From an uncultured Gammaproteobacteria bacterium (GTDB taxonomy: Bacteria; Patescibacteriota; Patescibacteriia; Magasanikbacterales; UBA922), in contig CAYFPM010000001.1 of the NCBI GenBank assembly GCA_964345045.1, forward strand, positions 375,632 to 439,631: a DNA stretch of 64,000 nucleotides, written 5' to 3'. The notes under the pieces are model-generated. The model saw only the letters and a list, made by a program, of their open reading frames with translations. It ran no database searches and was not told the DNA's origin. A program made the translations under genes and the position numbers. This document shows, one piece after another, positions 17,096 through 26,779 of this stretch (positions are counted from its first letter, which is position 1; the number at the start of each line of letters is the position of its first letter).

Positions 17096-19123
17096 ATGTT
17101 TATAGAAAAAGGTCTAAAATCAAAATCAGAAAGGTTATTATTTCTAGGCTTAGCTTTTATCACGTCGTTTCTTTACGATTTTTTGGTTTGGGATCAAAAT
17201 CTAGGGCTTGGTTTTGTAGCTTTTATTTTAGTTTCAATACTTTTGTTTGTACTCTGCGTGGGCTTGGTAAAAAAACAAGGTTTGCGTTGGTCACTGGTTT
17301 TACTTTTGCCAATCACTGTTATGGGTTTTGACATTCTTGTATATAACAACCAATTGGTTACCATTGGTGTGCCTATATTTGTTGTAATTTTGTTATTGAT
17401 TTTTTTTAGTCTATATACTCTCAAAAATCCAAACAGATTAAAATTTTCTTTTTTGGGAGTGCCTGTTTTAAAAAGTGCTGATTTGCCCATTGCCAAGTGG
17501 GGCAAAATTTACAAAGATATCTTTGGCAAATCAGAAGATAGTGAAAAGAATATTTTTGGTAAAATATTTTTGGGTTTTATTATAGCTTTACCTATTTTGT
17601 TTATTTTTGGAATACTTTTTGCCAAAGCCGATGCCTTGTTTGCAGATTGGTTAAATAATTTTTTAAGCATAGAGCCGGTAGACTTTTGGCGTATTATTAG
17701 AACCGTTGCTATCACTCTCTTGCTCGGTGGACTTTTTTACGTAGTTATTGACAATAACTATCATCTAAAAGAAAGACTATCTTCGGTAAAAAAATTTGAC
17801 GGCCTAATAATCAGTATTGTTTTGGGAAGTATAAATTTATTATTTGCTGTATTTCTTTTTTTCCAGTTTAAGTATTTGTTTGGTGGAGTAGCGTTTGTAC
17901 TTGATAATGGATTAAGTTTTGCTGAGTACGCCAGAGCTGGTTTTTTTCAATTGTGTTGGGTGGTAGCTCTGTCTGCTCTAATGCTTATAATAATCTACCG
18001 ATCATTTGTAGCTCACAAGGGAGCTTGGTCAGTATCAATACTTCAAACTTTATTGATCGTTCAGGTTATGGCTGTGGCTGCTTCGGCTCTAAAAAGAATG
18101 AATTTATATCAAGCAGAATTTGGCTATACAGTTTTGCGTTTGTATGTAGAATGGTTTATTTATTTTACCTTGATCATACTCGCTTTGGCTGGTTTTAGTC
18201 TGCTGGCTAGATTTAGTTTCCGTCGGTTTTACCATACTTCTGTGTTAATGGGTGTTTTGGCATTTTGTTTGGTTGCTTCTGTAAATGTTGATTTGGTAAT
18301 TGCCAAAGAAAATGTCGCTAGAAGTATAAATCAAGATAAAGCTTTGGATTTGGATTATTTAAAGTCATTGTCATCAGACACCATGCCGGCATTAATGCCT
18401 TTGTTTAAAGTCGATAACTTGCAAAAGCTTGATTATTATCAAAAATTGCAACTAAAAGGGATTTTGGATGAAATAAATAATAATTTTGGAAAAAGAGATT
18501 CTTGGAGAGAAATAAATTTTGGAGCTGTTAAGAGTCAACTATTGCTTCTGCAAATTCCAGAAACAAGCACAAAAAGTTTAAATAATTTGCAAAATAAAAA
18601 TATTTCTTTTAATGAAGAATTTTCACAGTTAAGCAAACAAACGGTACTAGCAAATTGTCCATACGATTTGATGAATAAATTTAATTTAGACAATAGTGTT
18701 GGTAATTTTAGTTTTTCTTGTGTTGAAAAAAAAGACGCTGATCAGGTTTATACTATTATTTTGAAGAAACCTGTATGGCTTTTCCCAAATATTCTAGATT
18801 CTAAAAACACCTTAGAAGATCCTGAATTTTTAAAAACTTCTTATTTGGTTTATCGAAACGACAATGTTTCTAAACCAATTTTTCAAAAGGATTTTGAGTT
18901 TGATATTAAAATAGTGTCCAACAAAGACTATTACAAATTGGCAGATTACTTTGCCCCTCAATTTGTAGGTATTAGAAATAGCGATAACTATATGTCGAAG
19001 AATAATTTTTTCTTGCAAAAAGATGGTTCTATTTTGGAGTCAGATTTTTATAGTTTGGATAATTACTTATATAGCTTTACTTTTTCTAATAATATTTTAA
19101 TCAAAAAAAACATTACAAAATAA
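17096..19123 (+). CDS. large polytopic membrane protein with C-terminal soluble domain, function unknown
   Basis: About 10 predicted TM helices in the first 400 aa, then an N/K/S-rich domain. Confidence 0.45.
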   Translation: MFIEKGLKSKSERLLFLGLAFITSFLYDFLVWDQNLGLGFVAFILVSILLFVLCVGLVKKQGLRWSLVLLLPITVMGFDILVYNNQLVTIGVPIFVVILLLIFFSLYTLKNPNRLKFSFLGVPVLKSADLPIAKWGKIYKDIFGKSEDSEKNIFGKIFLGFIIALPILFIFGILFAKADALFADWLNNFLSIEPVDFWRIIRTVAITLLLGGLFYVVIDNNYHLKERLSSVKKFDGLIISIVLGSINLLFAVFLFFQFKYLFGGVAFVLDNGLSFAEYARAGFFQLCWVVALSALMLIIIYRSFVAHKGAWSVSILQTLLIVQVMAVAASALKRMNLYQAEFGYTVLRLYVEWFIYFTLIILALAGFSLLARFSFRRFYHTSVLMGVLAFCLVASVNVDLVIAKENVARSINQDKALDLDYLKSLSSDTMPALMPLFKVDNLQKLDYYQKLQLKGILDEINNNFGKRDSWREINFGAVKSQLLLLQIPETSTKSLNNLQNKNISFNEEFSQLSKQTVLANCPYDLMNKFNLDNSVGNFSFSCVEKKDADQVYTIILKKPVWLFPNILDSKNTLEDPEFLKTSYLVYRNDNVSKPIFQKDFEFDIKIVSNKDYYKLADYFAPQFVGIRNSDNYMSKNNFFLQKDGSILESDFYSLDNYLYSFTFSNNILIKKNITK

Positions 19124-19164
19124 AATTAACAAATGAGTAGATATTGTTCACTGCTCACTGACAA

Positions 19165-21489
19165 TTGTTTACTGTTATGAAAACAAACGAACTAAGACAA
19201 AAATTTCTAGAATTTTTCAAAGAAAGAGAGCATGAGATAGTGCCCTCTGCTTCGCTATTGCCAGAGAACGACCCAACCACTCTCTTTACAGGCTCTGGTA
19301 TGCAGCCAATGGTCCCGTACTTGCTTGGAGAGAAACATCCAAAGGGAGTGAGACTAGCAGATTCACAAAAATGTTTCCGAGCTCAAGACATTGAGGAAGT
19401 AGGCGACAATCGCCACACCACATTTTTTGAGATGCTTGGCAACTGGTCACTGGGGGACTACTTCAAAAAAGAACAAATTAGCTGGATGTTTGAATTTTTA
19501 ACAAAAGAGCTAAAGTTAGATCCAAAAAATATTTATATTACTTGTTTCAAAGGTAATGAAGCTTTGCAAATAGAAAGAGATGAAGAATCTGTAAAACTAT
19601 GGCAAGAAGAATTTAAAAAACTAGGTATAGAAGCTACTGTAGGAGAAAATCCAGAGGCAGATGGAATGCAAGATAATAAGATTTTTTACTACGATGATAA
19701 GAAAAATTGGTGGAGCCGCTCTGGAGTACCAGCCAAAATGCCAGAAGGCGAACCAGGTGGACCAGACAGTGAAATGTTTTGGGACTATGGCGTAGAATTG
19801 GGCTTGCACGAGAAGTCTGAGTGGAAAGATGAACCTTGTCATGTCAATTGTGATTGTGGCCGCTTTATGGAGATTGGCAATAATGTTTTCATGGAGTATC
19901 AAAAAGTTCAGAAAAAAATATTGTTCGTGGACGCGATGTATACTTTATTCGATGAAAATTGGCAACCTGTTGTTGAAGTTGTTGAAGCTGTAAAAAATAT
20001 ATCTACAAAATATGATCTAAAGGTATTTGTTATCACTAACGGACCAAAAGAGATTGTATCACAATCCATTAGCAATACTGATCTTAATGCAACAATCATA
20101 ACATACGAGAATAGCCCTAGTAAAAATAATCCGTCATATTTTGCTAAGGTTCTAGACGAATACAACTTAAATTCACTTGATATTTTATATATAGATCACA
20201 GCCAGGATAATCTTGCTTCTGCCAACCAGCACAACATTTCAGGGGTTCACTTTAAGGGGGTTGATTCACTTTCTATTGTTGACACCAAGTTGAGTGCCTT
20301 CCAAAAACTAGAACAACAAAACGTAGACGAAGGTAGTGGTCTAGAGCGAATGGTGGCAGCTACTATAAACAATCCTGATGTATTCATGATTGATGCTTTT
20401 GATAATGGACGAAGCGTATTAGAAGAGTTAAGTGGTAAAAAATATGGTGAAAGCGAAGAAGTAACCGAAGCTTTCCGCGTTATCTTAGATCATTTACGGG
20501 CTGCTACTTTCTTAATTTCCGACTCAGCTTATCCATCGAACAAAGACCAAGGTTACTTTACTCGCAGACTAATTCGCAGATCAGTACGCTTTGCTGCGAG
20601 CCTTGGTATAGAAGAAAACTTTTGTGGTAGAGTGGCCGAAGGCTTTATAGAGACTTACCAAGAAGCATATCCAAATCTAGGAGAAGAAAAGAAAAGCATT
20701 CTAGACAATATGAGTAAGGAAGAAGAGAAGTTCCGAAAAGCTCTAAAACGTGGAGCCAAAGAATATGATAAGAAAATAGATGAGATTAAAAAAAGTGCTA
20801 GCCAAGAAAATTATGGCGAGCTAGCCAAAATTGCTTTTGACCTATACCAAACCCATGGTTTGCCAGTAGAAGTATTTACAGATTACTTAAATAATATTGG
20901 TGTAGCGGTAGAAGAAATGAAAATGCTGGATGAGTTTGATAAAGTTGTCAAAGAACATCAAGCCGTATCTCGCGCCGGAGCCGAAAAGAAATTTCATGGT
21001 GGACTAGCAGATCATAGTGAAAAATCTGTGCGGGGTCATACGGCCACTCATTTGCTCCATGCAGCTCTCCGTGAAGTATTAGGCGAACATGTACAGCAAA
21101 AGGGGAGTAACATTACTCCAGAGAGAGTTAGATTTGATTTTTCTCATAGTGATAAGCTAACAGACGAAGAAGTTAAAAAAGTTGAAGACCTGGTAAACGC
21201 TGCTATAGAAAAGGACTACCCAGTGAGCTGGCACGAGATGACAGTAGACGAAGCTTACCAGAAAAAAGCCATTGGTTTTTTCCCAGAGCGGTATGATGAG
21301 ATTGTAAAAGTCTATACTATTGGCGATCCAGAAAAACCTATGAAAGCCGATCCAGAATCAGCAACTTTTTCACAAGAAATCTGTGGTGGACCTCATGTAG
21401 AACATACTAGCGTGGTAGGCAAATTCAAGATTGCCAAAGAAGAAGCTTTGGGGACAGGATTACGTAGAATAAAGGCATTATTAGAGTAG
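19165..21489 (+). CDS. alaS: alanine--tRNA ligase (short form lacking C-Ala domain) with ~145-aa internal insertion
   Basis: Class II core (FTGSGMQPMVPY, RHTTFFEMLGNWS), GSGLERMVAA, editing domain (HTATHLLHAAL, CGGPHVEH); extra block KKILFVDAMYTLF...VFVITNG...ILYIDHSQDN between FMEYQKVQ and GLERM. Confidence 0.85.
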   Translation: MFTVMKTNELRQKFLEFFKEREHEIVPSASLLPENDPTTLFTGSGMQPMVPYLLGEKHPKGVRLADSQKCFRAQDIEEVGDNRHTTFFEMLGNWSLGDYFKKEQISWMFEFLTKELKLDPKNIYITCFKGNEALQIERDEESVKLWQEEFKKLGIEATVGENPEADGMQDNKIFYYDDKKNWWSRSGVPAKMPEGEPGGPDSEMFWDYGVELGLHEKSEWKDEPCHVNCDCGRFMEIGNNVFMEYQKVQKKILFVDAMYTLFDENWQPVVEVVEAVKNISTKYDLKVFVITNGPKEIVSQSISNTDLNATIITYENSPSKNNPSYFAKVLDEYNLNSLDILYIDHSQDNLASANQHNISGVHFKGVDSLSIVDTKLSAFQKLEQQNVDEGSGLERMVAATINNPDVFMIDAFDNGRSVLEELSGKKYGESEEVTEAFRVILDHLRAATFLISDSAYPSNKDQGYFTRRLIRRSVRFAASLGIEENFCGRVAEGFIETYQEAYPNLGEEKKSILDNMSKEEEKFRKALKRGAKEYDKKIDEIKKSASQENYGELAKIAFDLYQTHGLPVEVFTDYLNNIGVAVEEMKMLDEFDKVVKEHQAVSRAGAEKKFHGGLADHSEKSVRGHTATHLLHAALREVLGEHVQQKGSNITPERVRFDFSHSDKLTDEEVKKVEDLVNAAIEKDYPVSWHEMTVDEAYQKKAIGFFPERYDEIVKVYTIGDPEKPMKADPESATFSQEICGGPHVEHTSVVGKFKIAKEEALGTGLRRIKALLE

Positions 21490-21512
21490 ATTTTAAACAA
21501 AAAGTTTAAAAA

Positions 21513-21537
21513 AGCTGGTTTTAACCAGCTTTTTTTG
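21513..21537 (+). terminator. rho-independent terminator after alaS
   Basis: agctggttttaaccagct hairpin followed by TTTTTTT. Confidence 0.55.
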
Positions 21538-21617
21538 CTCTTTATTTTGCTTGTGTGTACTATCGTTCACATCCAGGCAATGGATAAAGTGAATGAGGGG
21601 GCACTGCCAAAATTTGT

Positions 21618-22043
21618 ATGATTGTCCATAGAAAACTTATGAAAGGCTATAATTTTTCGCAAAATGGCAACATACAATACCCAGATTACGGGAAGATTTG
21701 CCCGGCCACATTTCATATAGATCTTTCTGGCTGCCAAGCAAAATTTTTGCAGAGCAGATCTGTAGAGCATTTTTTCGATAGGGTGTGCCATCTGTTAGGG
21801 GTACAAAGGAGGGGGGATGCTCTTTTGCTGTATTTTGACGAAAGTCCGGATTTCAAAGGTTACAAAGCTGTACAAATTTTATCCAAGATATTTATCACCG
21901 GTCATTTTTGCCAAAACAAAAATTCTGTTAGCTTGGATATTTATTCGTATAGAGATTTGGATATCTATAGGATAGGAGCTTGGTCCAAAAAATATTTTGA
22001 TGCCAATAACCTAGCTATTCAGGATTTTACCAGATTGGTATAG
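21618..22043 (+). CDS. hypothetical protein
   Basis: 141-aa ORF, Cys/His-containing, no motif; weak. Confidence 0.3.
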   Translation: MIVHRKLMKGYNFSQNGNIQYPDYGKICPATFHIDLSGCQAKFLQSRSVEHFFDRVCHLLGVQRRGDALLLYFDESPDFKGYKAVQILSKIFITGHFCQNKNSVSLDIYSYRDLDIYRIGAWSKKYFDANNLAIQDFTRLV

Positions 22044-22045
22044 AT

Positions 22046-22888
22046 CTATAGTGGGCCAAATATTTTTTTAAATCTATTTTTTATTTTTTGAGCATCTTTT
22101 GGATGTTTTTTTAATACCAATTTTGCTTTTATCTTTCTTTTTACTAATTCGATAATATAATCTGGGTCAATCTCATTGTAGCTAGGAAATTTTTTATAAA
22201 TCTCGTCTATAAAATTTACAGTTTCTTGATCCAAGGTAATCGTCAAAATATAATCATCTATAACTGTAAAACTTTTGTTTCGCTCTTTTTTAAAAGATTC
22301 TCCATCTGGCAAAAGAAAGTATTTTTGTCTGGGATATTTTTCCCAGATTTTTTTACTATATCGGTCGAGTGGGGTATTCCCTCCCACAATCATATAATCA
22401 TCACTTACTAGTTTGTGAAAAGAGTTCAAAAACTGATCATTTTGTTTTTGGATAATTAGATCAAACCAAGTATGAGGACAATAGCTAGTGGCATAAGTTT
22501 CTGTAGAGTCATGTGCCATAGCCAAAAGTACCTGCGCCCAAGAACCATCCAACGTAACCATATCACTAAACTGCCAACTGATTTTTTGTTTTTCGTCTTT
22601 TGGCAAAATACTTTTTAAATAATTCAAATCAAAATAAACACTCTCTGCACGTTCGGCAAATTTGGCCAGGTTGAGTATCCAAGGTATGCGCAAAGAATAA
22701 GTTGTTTTGTTTTTTATAATAACGGCGTCTTGTTCTAATTGTTTCAAGACCTTGTATACAGATTGAATAGAAACCAAAATATCGTTTTGTCTACATTTTT
22801 GGTGAATTGCTTTGGCACTAAGGTTTGGCCTTTCTGACAGGGCATGAATTATACAGTTTTCTAGTTGTAGATTTATACCCAGTAGCAT
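22046..22888 (-). CDS. winged-helix (HTH) domain protein with uncharacterised C-terminal domain
   Basis: N-terminal LSAKAIHQKCRQNDILVSIQSVYKVLKQLEQDAVI resembles a wHTH; rest unknown. Confidence 0.4.
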   Translation of the reverse strand: MLLGINLQLENCIIHALSERPNLSAKAIHQKCRQNDILVSIQSVYKVLKQLEQDAVIIKNKTTYSLRIPWILNLAKFAERAESVYFDLNYLKSILPKDEKQKISWQFSDMVTLDGSWAQVLLAMAHDSTETYATSYCPHTWFDLIIQKQNDQFLNSFHKLVSDDYMIVGGNTPLDRYSKKIWEKYPRQKYFLLPDGESFKKERNKSFTVIDDYILTITLDQETVNFIDEIYKKFPSYNEIDPDYIIELVKRKIKAKLVLKKHPKDAQKIKNRFKKIFGPL

Positions 22889-23017
22889 ATAATAATTAAA
22901 AAATAAGTTATTTAGTTTCTAATAGCTTACAAAAAGAAATTGTAAGTTGCAACTTTTTTTAAAAAGGAGTTCCAACAAGAGTTTCTTTCGTAGATTCGTC
23001 GAAAAGTAGGGAGTGCA

Positions 23018-23569
23018 ATGAATATAAGGAGACCCCCCACAAGGGGGAAATACGATCACACCTCTCTCGAGGTAAGAGATTCAAATATTCAGGGACTGGG
23101 GCTTTTTGTAACTGCCAACATCGAGCTTGGCACAAAATTGTCACCTTTTGATGGTGTTATCTATAGAGCAGATTCTGATTATCAACTTCCCACAGAAATC
23201 AGAGGTTTGCCTATCCAAATTGGAGCTGGGCTTGTACAGATGGCCACCGGTTATGCTCTTTTTGTTGCTCATAAGTGCAACACCCCGAGTGCTATAATCC
23301 AGCTAGATGCTGAGACAGGTTTTTTTTGGGTAGTCGCTCGGATAAATTTGTCGGCACAAGCAGAAGTAACCATTGATTATGGTACGATTCAGTATCCAGA
23401 TCATTTTACGCTTTATCCGGCTTATACCAAATGTAAGTGTGGCGATGCCAACTGCAGAGGTAATAGGTTGGGATTTGAATCTATGCCAGTGCCACTTCGT
23501 CGTAGTTATCGAGACGAAGGTGCTATCCCAGATTGGCTTTGGGGGTTGCAAAAAAATGACGAGACTTAA
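23018..23569 (+). CDS. SET-domain protein (putative protein-lysine methyltransferase)
   Basis: GLGLFVTANIELGTKL (GxG SAM pocket), AHKCNTPSA (NHSCxPN-like), EVTIDYG (ELxxDYG-like), post-SET CKCGDANCRG; local GC about 45%; AGGGAG SD. Confidence 0.6.
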   Translation: MNIRRPPTRGKYDHTSLEVRDSNIQGLGLFVTANIELGTKLSPFDGVIYRADSDYQLPTEIRGLPIQIGAGLVQMATGYALFVAHKCNTPSAIIQLDAETGFFWVVARINLSAQAEVTIDYGTIQYPDHFTLYPAYTKCKCGDANCRGNRLGFESMPVPLRRSYRDEGAIPDWLWGLQKNDET

Positions 23570-23668
23570 TGTTCTTTTTGCAAAGGTTTTTGGGTCAGAG
23601 GCAGACTGACCCCCAGAATTCATTAACAAATTGTTTAACAGATTAAAAAGTGTTATACTTTTTTTATT

Positions 23669-24109
23669 ATGGTAAAAAAGACAGTGTTATATTTTTGGTC
23701 TTTGCGTCGAGAATTTGCAAAGTACTTCATTATCGGCTTCAGTGGCCTTTTTTTGGATTTGGGGACATTGTATATCTTAACAGATTTGTTTGGTATTTTG
23801 GCTTATATCTCTGTTATTTTGAATCAAGCCATCGTACTAACTTATAATTTTACTCTAAACAAATATTGGGCATTTCGAAACAAAGAAGTCCCTCACAAAC
23901 AAATGGTAAGGTATGGCATACTAGCCACCTGGAATTATATTTTTTCGGTAGTGGCCATGTATATTTTCAATAGTCAACTTGGTTACGAACACAAACTGGT
24001 TAGAATTGGTAGTATTGCGGTTATGGTAAGTTGGAATTTTTTCCTATACAAGTATTGGGTTTACAAGGAAAAAGAAGAACCCGTAATGAATCCTTTGTCA
24101 GAATATTAG
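23669..24109 (+). CDS. GtrA-family membrane protein (polysaccharide synthesis-associated)
   Basis: 146 aa, 4 TM helices, YNFTLNKYWAF and WNFFLYKYWVY GtrA-type motifs. Confidence 0.65.
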   Translation: MVKKTVLYFWSLRREFAKYFIIGFSGLFLDLGTLYILTDLFGILAYISVILNQAIVLTYNFTLNKYWAFRNKEVPHKQMVRYGILATWNYIFSVVAMYIFNSQLGYEHKLVRIGSIAVMVSWNFFLYKYWVYKEKEEPVMNPLSEY

Positions 24110-24119
24110 AACATTATCC

Positions 24120-24200
24120 CGACCTTGGTCGGGACTTTGCCTCTCGGCAAAGAGCAAGAAAGTCACCCTTCGGGTGATCACCCGAAGGGTGGCAAGAAAA
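24120..24200. repeat. stack of GC-rich tetraloop hairpins (repeat family shared with 3104)
   Basis: cccgaccttggtcggg; gtcacccttcgggtgatc (identical to 3104-3121) immediately followed by its complement cacccgaagggtgg. Confidence 0.5.
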
Positions 24201-24225
24201 CATTAAAGCATTAAAAAATTGTATT

Positions 24226-24663
24226 ATGAAAGCGGGGATGGATTATATTGGAATTGGTGTTGGGGCCTTTATTTTAAACGACAAGAAACAAGTATTACTA
24301 CAAAAAAGAGGATCTAAAAGCAAAAACGAAGTAGGAGTATGGGTAAAGCCTGGAGGAGCCGTAGAGTATGGAGAAACTGCCGAAGAAGCTCTTTTGCGAG
24401 AAATAAAAGAAGAATTAGATATAGAAATCGAAATTTTGGATTTTCTAGGTTACGAAGATCATTTGTTAAAAAAAGACAAACAACATTGGATAGCCTTGTT
24501 TTTTTTGGCCAAAGTAAAATCTGGTGAAGCAAAAAATATGGAACCGAGTAAAACAGATGAAATTGGGTGGTTTGATTTGAATAATATGCCAGAAGAAAAA
24601 GGAACATTTTTGGAAACGTCTTTACCTGTTTTGGAGAAATATTTAACTGTGAATAACTTTTAG
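24226..24663 (+). CDS. NUDIX hydrolase
   Basis: Nudix box GGAVEYGETAEEALLREIKEELDI (Gx5Ex7REUxEExGU). Confidence 0.8.
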   Translation: MKAGMDYIGIGVGAFILNDKKQVLLQKRGSKSKNEVGVWVKPGGAVEYGETAEEALLREIKEELDIEIEILDFLGYEDHLLKKDKQHWIALFFLAKVKSGEAKNMEPSKTDEIGWFDLNNMPEEKGTFLETSLPVLEKYLTVNNF

Positions 24664-24802
24664 GTTTTTACTCTTGAGTCAAACAGTCTCTATAATATAT
24701 ACTAAATTAAGCCAAAAATCTGATTAATCAAACTCTGGGCTTTGTCTATTGACAAGTTTTTTAGTTTCCTGTAAACTATGCCCAGATTAAGCCAAAGTAT
24801 TC

Positions 24803-25018
24803 ATGGCAAAAGAAAATTTGATAGAAGTAAAAGGGGAAATAGAAGAACTTCTTCCGGGCGGAAAATTTCGTGTCAGATTGGAAAATGGTCACGAAGTCAC
24901 AGCCCACCTATCTGGTAAACTAAGAAAAAATAGAATCAGAATAGGTATTGGAGACGAAGTAAAGGTAGAAATGACCCCTTACGATCTTACAAAAGGTCGC
25001 ATAACATTTAGAATGTAA
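24803..25018 (+). CDS. infA: translation initiation factor IF-1
   Basis: 71-aa S1-like OB fold, [13 protein letters not shown]...[18 protein letters not shown]; TTGACAagttttttagtttcctgTAAACT promoter at ~24738. Confidence 0.9.
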   Translation: MAKENLIEVKGEIEELLPGGKFRVRLENGHEVTAHLSGKLRKNRIRIGIGDEVKVEMTPYDLTKGRITFRM

Positions 25019-25138
25019 TTAAAATTTATAACTTATATCAACCAGTGCGGTGGAGCATTCTCTTCTGTAAAAGGCAGTTAGGTCAGTTAAGAGAAGCATA
25101 GATATCGCGGCAGTGGTTGGTATTTTTTGTTTAAAAAT

Positions 25139-25276
25139 ATGAAAGTAAAGGCTTCTGCAAAAAAAAGATGTAAGAATTGCAAAACTGTCCGTCGTAGGGG
25201 AGCCATTTATGTAATTTGTGAAAATCCTCGTCACAAACAAAGACAAGGCACCAAACAACGTAAGAAATCAGCTTAA
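25139..25276 (+). CDS. rpmJ: 50S ribosomal protein L36
   Basis: Manual translation [45 protein letters not shown] (CxxC...C...H zinc ribbon); absent from the track because it is under 60 aa. Confidence 0.8.
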   Translation: MKVKASAKKRCKNCKTVRRRGAIYVICENPRHKQRQGTKQRKKSA

Positions 25277-25283
25277 TAAAAAT

Positions 25284-25670
25284 ATGCGTGTAGCAGGTAT
25301 TACAATCCCAAAAGAAAAAAGAATCGTTATCAGCCTAACATATATTTATGGTATTGGTCCGACCACTGCCAAAAAAGTATTGTCTGCCGCTGGTATTGAC
25401 GAAACTATTAGAACCAAAGATCTAAAACCGGAACAAGAAGACAAAATTCGTAACATCATCGAAAAAGACAATAGAACAGAAGGTGATTTGCGTCGTGAAG
25501 TAGTATCAAATATCAAAAGACTAAAAGATATCAAGTGCTACAGAGGTGTAAGACACACCAGAAGATTGCCGGTACGTGGTCAAAGAACCAAAACTAATTC
25601 TCGTACTGTTCGTGGCAACAAACGTAACATGGCCACTAGTGGTAAAAAACCAGCAGCACAAAAGACATAG
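25284..25670 (+). CDS. rpsM: 30S ribosomal protein S13
   Basis: [33 protein letters not shown]... canonical S13; start moved from the track's 25218 to ATG 25284. Confidence 0.9.
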   Translation: MRVAGITIPKEKRIVISLTYIYGIGPTTAKKVLSAAGIDETIRTKDLKPEQEDKIRNIIEKDNRTEGDLRREVVSNIKRLKDIKCYRGVRHTRRLPVRGQRTKTNSRTVRGNKRNMATSGKKPAAQKT

Positions 25671-25693
25671 TACTTCTTGTTTGAATGAATTTT

Positions 25694-26089
25694 ATGGCAC
25701 AAGCTAAAAAAACAACTAAAAAGAAAAAAGCCGTAGCAAAACAAGTTAGCCACGCTAAGGCTTATATTCAGGCTACCTTTAACAACACTATTGTAAGCGT
25801 TACTGACCAAAACGGAGATGTATTGGGTTGGGCTAGCGCCGGTCAAGTAGGTTTCAAAGGACCTAAAAAAGCTACTCCTTATGCCGCCGGTCAAGTTGTA
25901 AAAAAAGTAGTTGAAAATATCAAAGATTGTGGAGTAAAAGAAGTAAGCGTATTTGTAAAAGGTATTGGTGGTGGTAGAGAAGGTGCGATTCGTGGTTTCA
26001 ACAGCAACGGTGTTTCTGTTGTTTCTATCAAAGATGTGACACCTATTCCACACAATGGTTGTAGACCTCCAAAAAGAAGAAGAGTATAA
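25694..26089 (+). CDS. rpsK: 30S ribosomal protein S11
   Basis: AYIQATFNNTIVSVTD...GFKGPKKATPYAAG...CRPPKRRRV. Confidence 0.9.
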   Translation: MAQAKKTTKKKKAVAKQVSHAKAYIQATFNNTIVSVTDQNGDVLGWASAGQVGFKGPKKATPYAAGQVVKKVVENIKDCGVKEVSVFVKGIGGGREGAIRGFNSNGVSVVSIKDVTPIPHNGCRPPKRRRV

Positions 26090-26129
26090 AAAATGTGCGA
26101 ATTACGAAATTTAGGAATATAAAATAAAT

Positions 26130-26753
26130 ATGGGAAGATATATTGGACCAAAAAATAAAATTGCTCGTCGCTTCGGCATAAATTTGGGTTTGAAAACAAA
26201 TGCTACCAAAGTTGCCAGAAGACTAAGCCAACCGCCTGGAGTGCATGGACCAAGAAAAAGACCTGGTGCCAGTTCTTCTTTTGGTAAACAATTGGCAGAA
26301 AAACAAAAAGCCAAATATATGTACGGTCTAAGAGAAAAGCAATTTAGCGCTTATGTAAAAGAGGCCAACCGTAGAGAAGGTGATTCTGGTGTTAACTTAC
26401 AACAAATTTTGGAAATGAGACTAGACAATGTTGTATACAGATTAGGTTTTGCCACTACCAGAGCTCAAGCCAGACAATTTGTAAACCACGGTATGTTTGT
26501 CCTAAATGGTAAAAAAATGGATATCCCATCTCACTTGGTAAAGGTAGGAGATGTAGTAGCTCTAAAAGAAAACAAAGCTAAGAAAAAAGCCTTTGAAACT
26601 ATAACTGATCAACTAAACAAAGTGGATTTGCCATCTTGGTTGAAAAATGATCCTGCAAAGAAAACCGGTACTGTTACTAACAAACCAGGTGAAAAAGATT
26701 TTGACAAAGTCTTTGACGTCAAACTTATCATTGAGTACTACTCTTCTAGATAA
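26130..26753 (+). CDS. rpsD: 30S ribosomal protein S4
   Basis: MGRYIGPKNKIARRFG..., S4 domain MRLDNVVYRLGFATTRAQARQFVNHG. Confidence 0.9.
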   Translation: MGRYIGPKNKIARRFGINLGLKTNATKVARRLSQPPGVHGPRKRPGASSSFGKQLAEKQKAKYMYGLREKQFSAYVKEANRREGDSGVNLQQILEMRLDNVVYRLGFATTRAQARQFVNHGMFVLNGKKMDIPSHLVKVGDVVALKENKAKKKAFETITDQLNKVDLPSWLKNDPAKKTGTVTNKPGEKDFDKVFDVKLIIEYYSSR

Positions 26754-26779
26754 GGTATTACTCTATTAACATTTGTTAT

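Noticed and set aside
25218-25283. 22-codon upstream extension of rpsM
   Set aside because: Overlaps the rpmJ coding sequence; canonical S13 starts at MRVAGIT.
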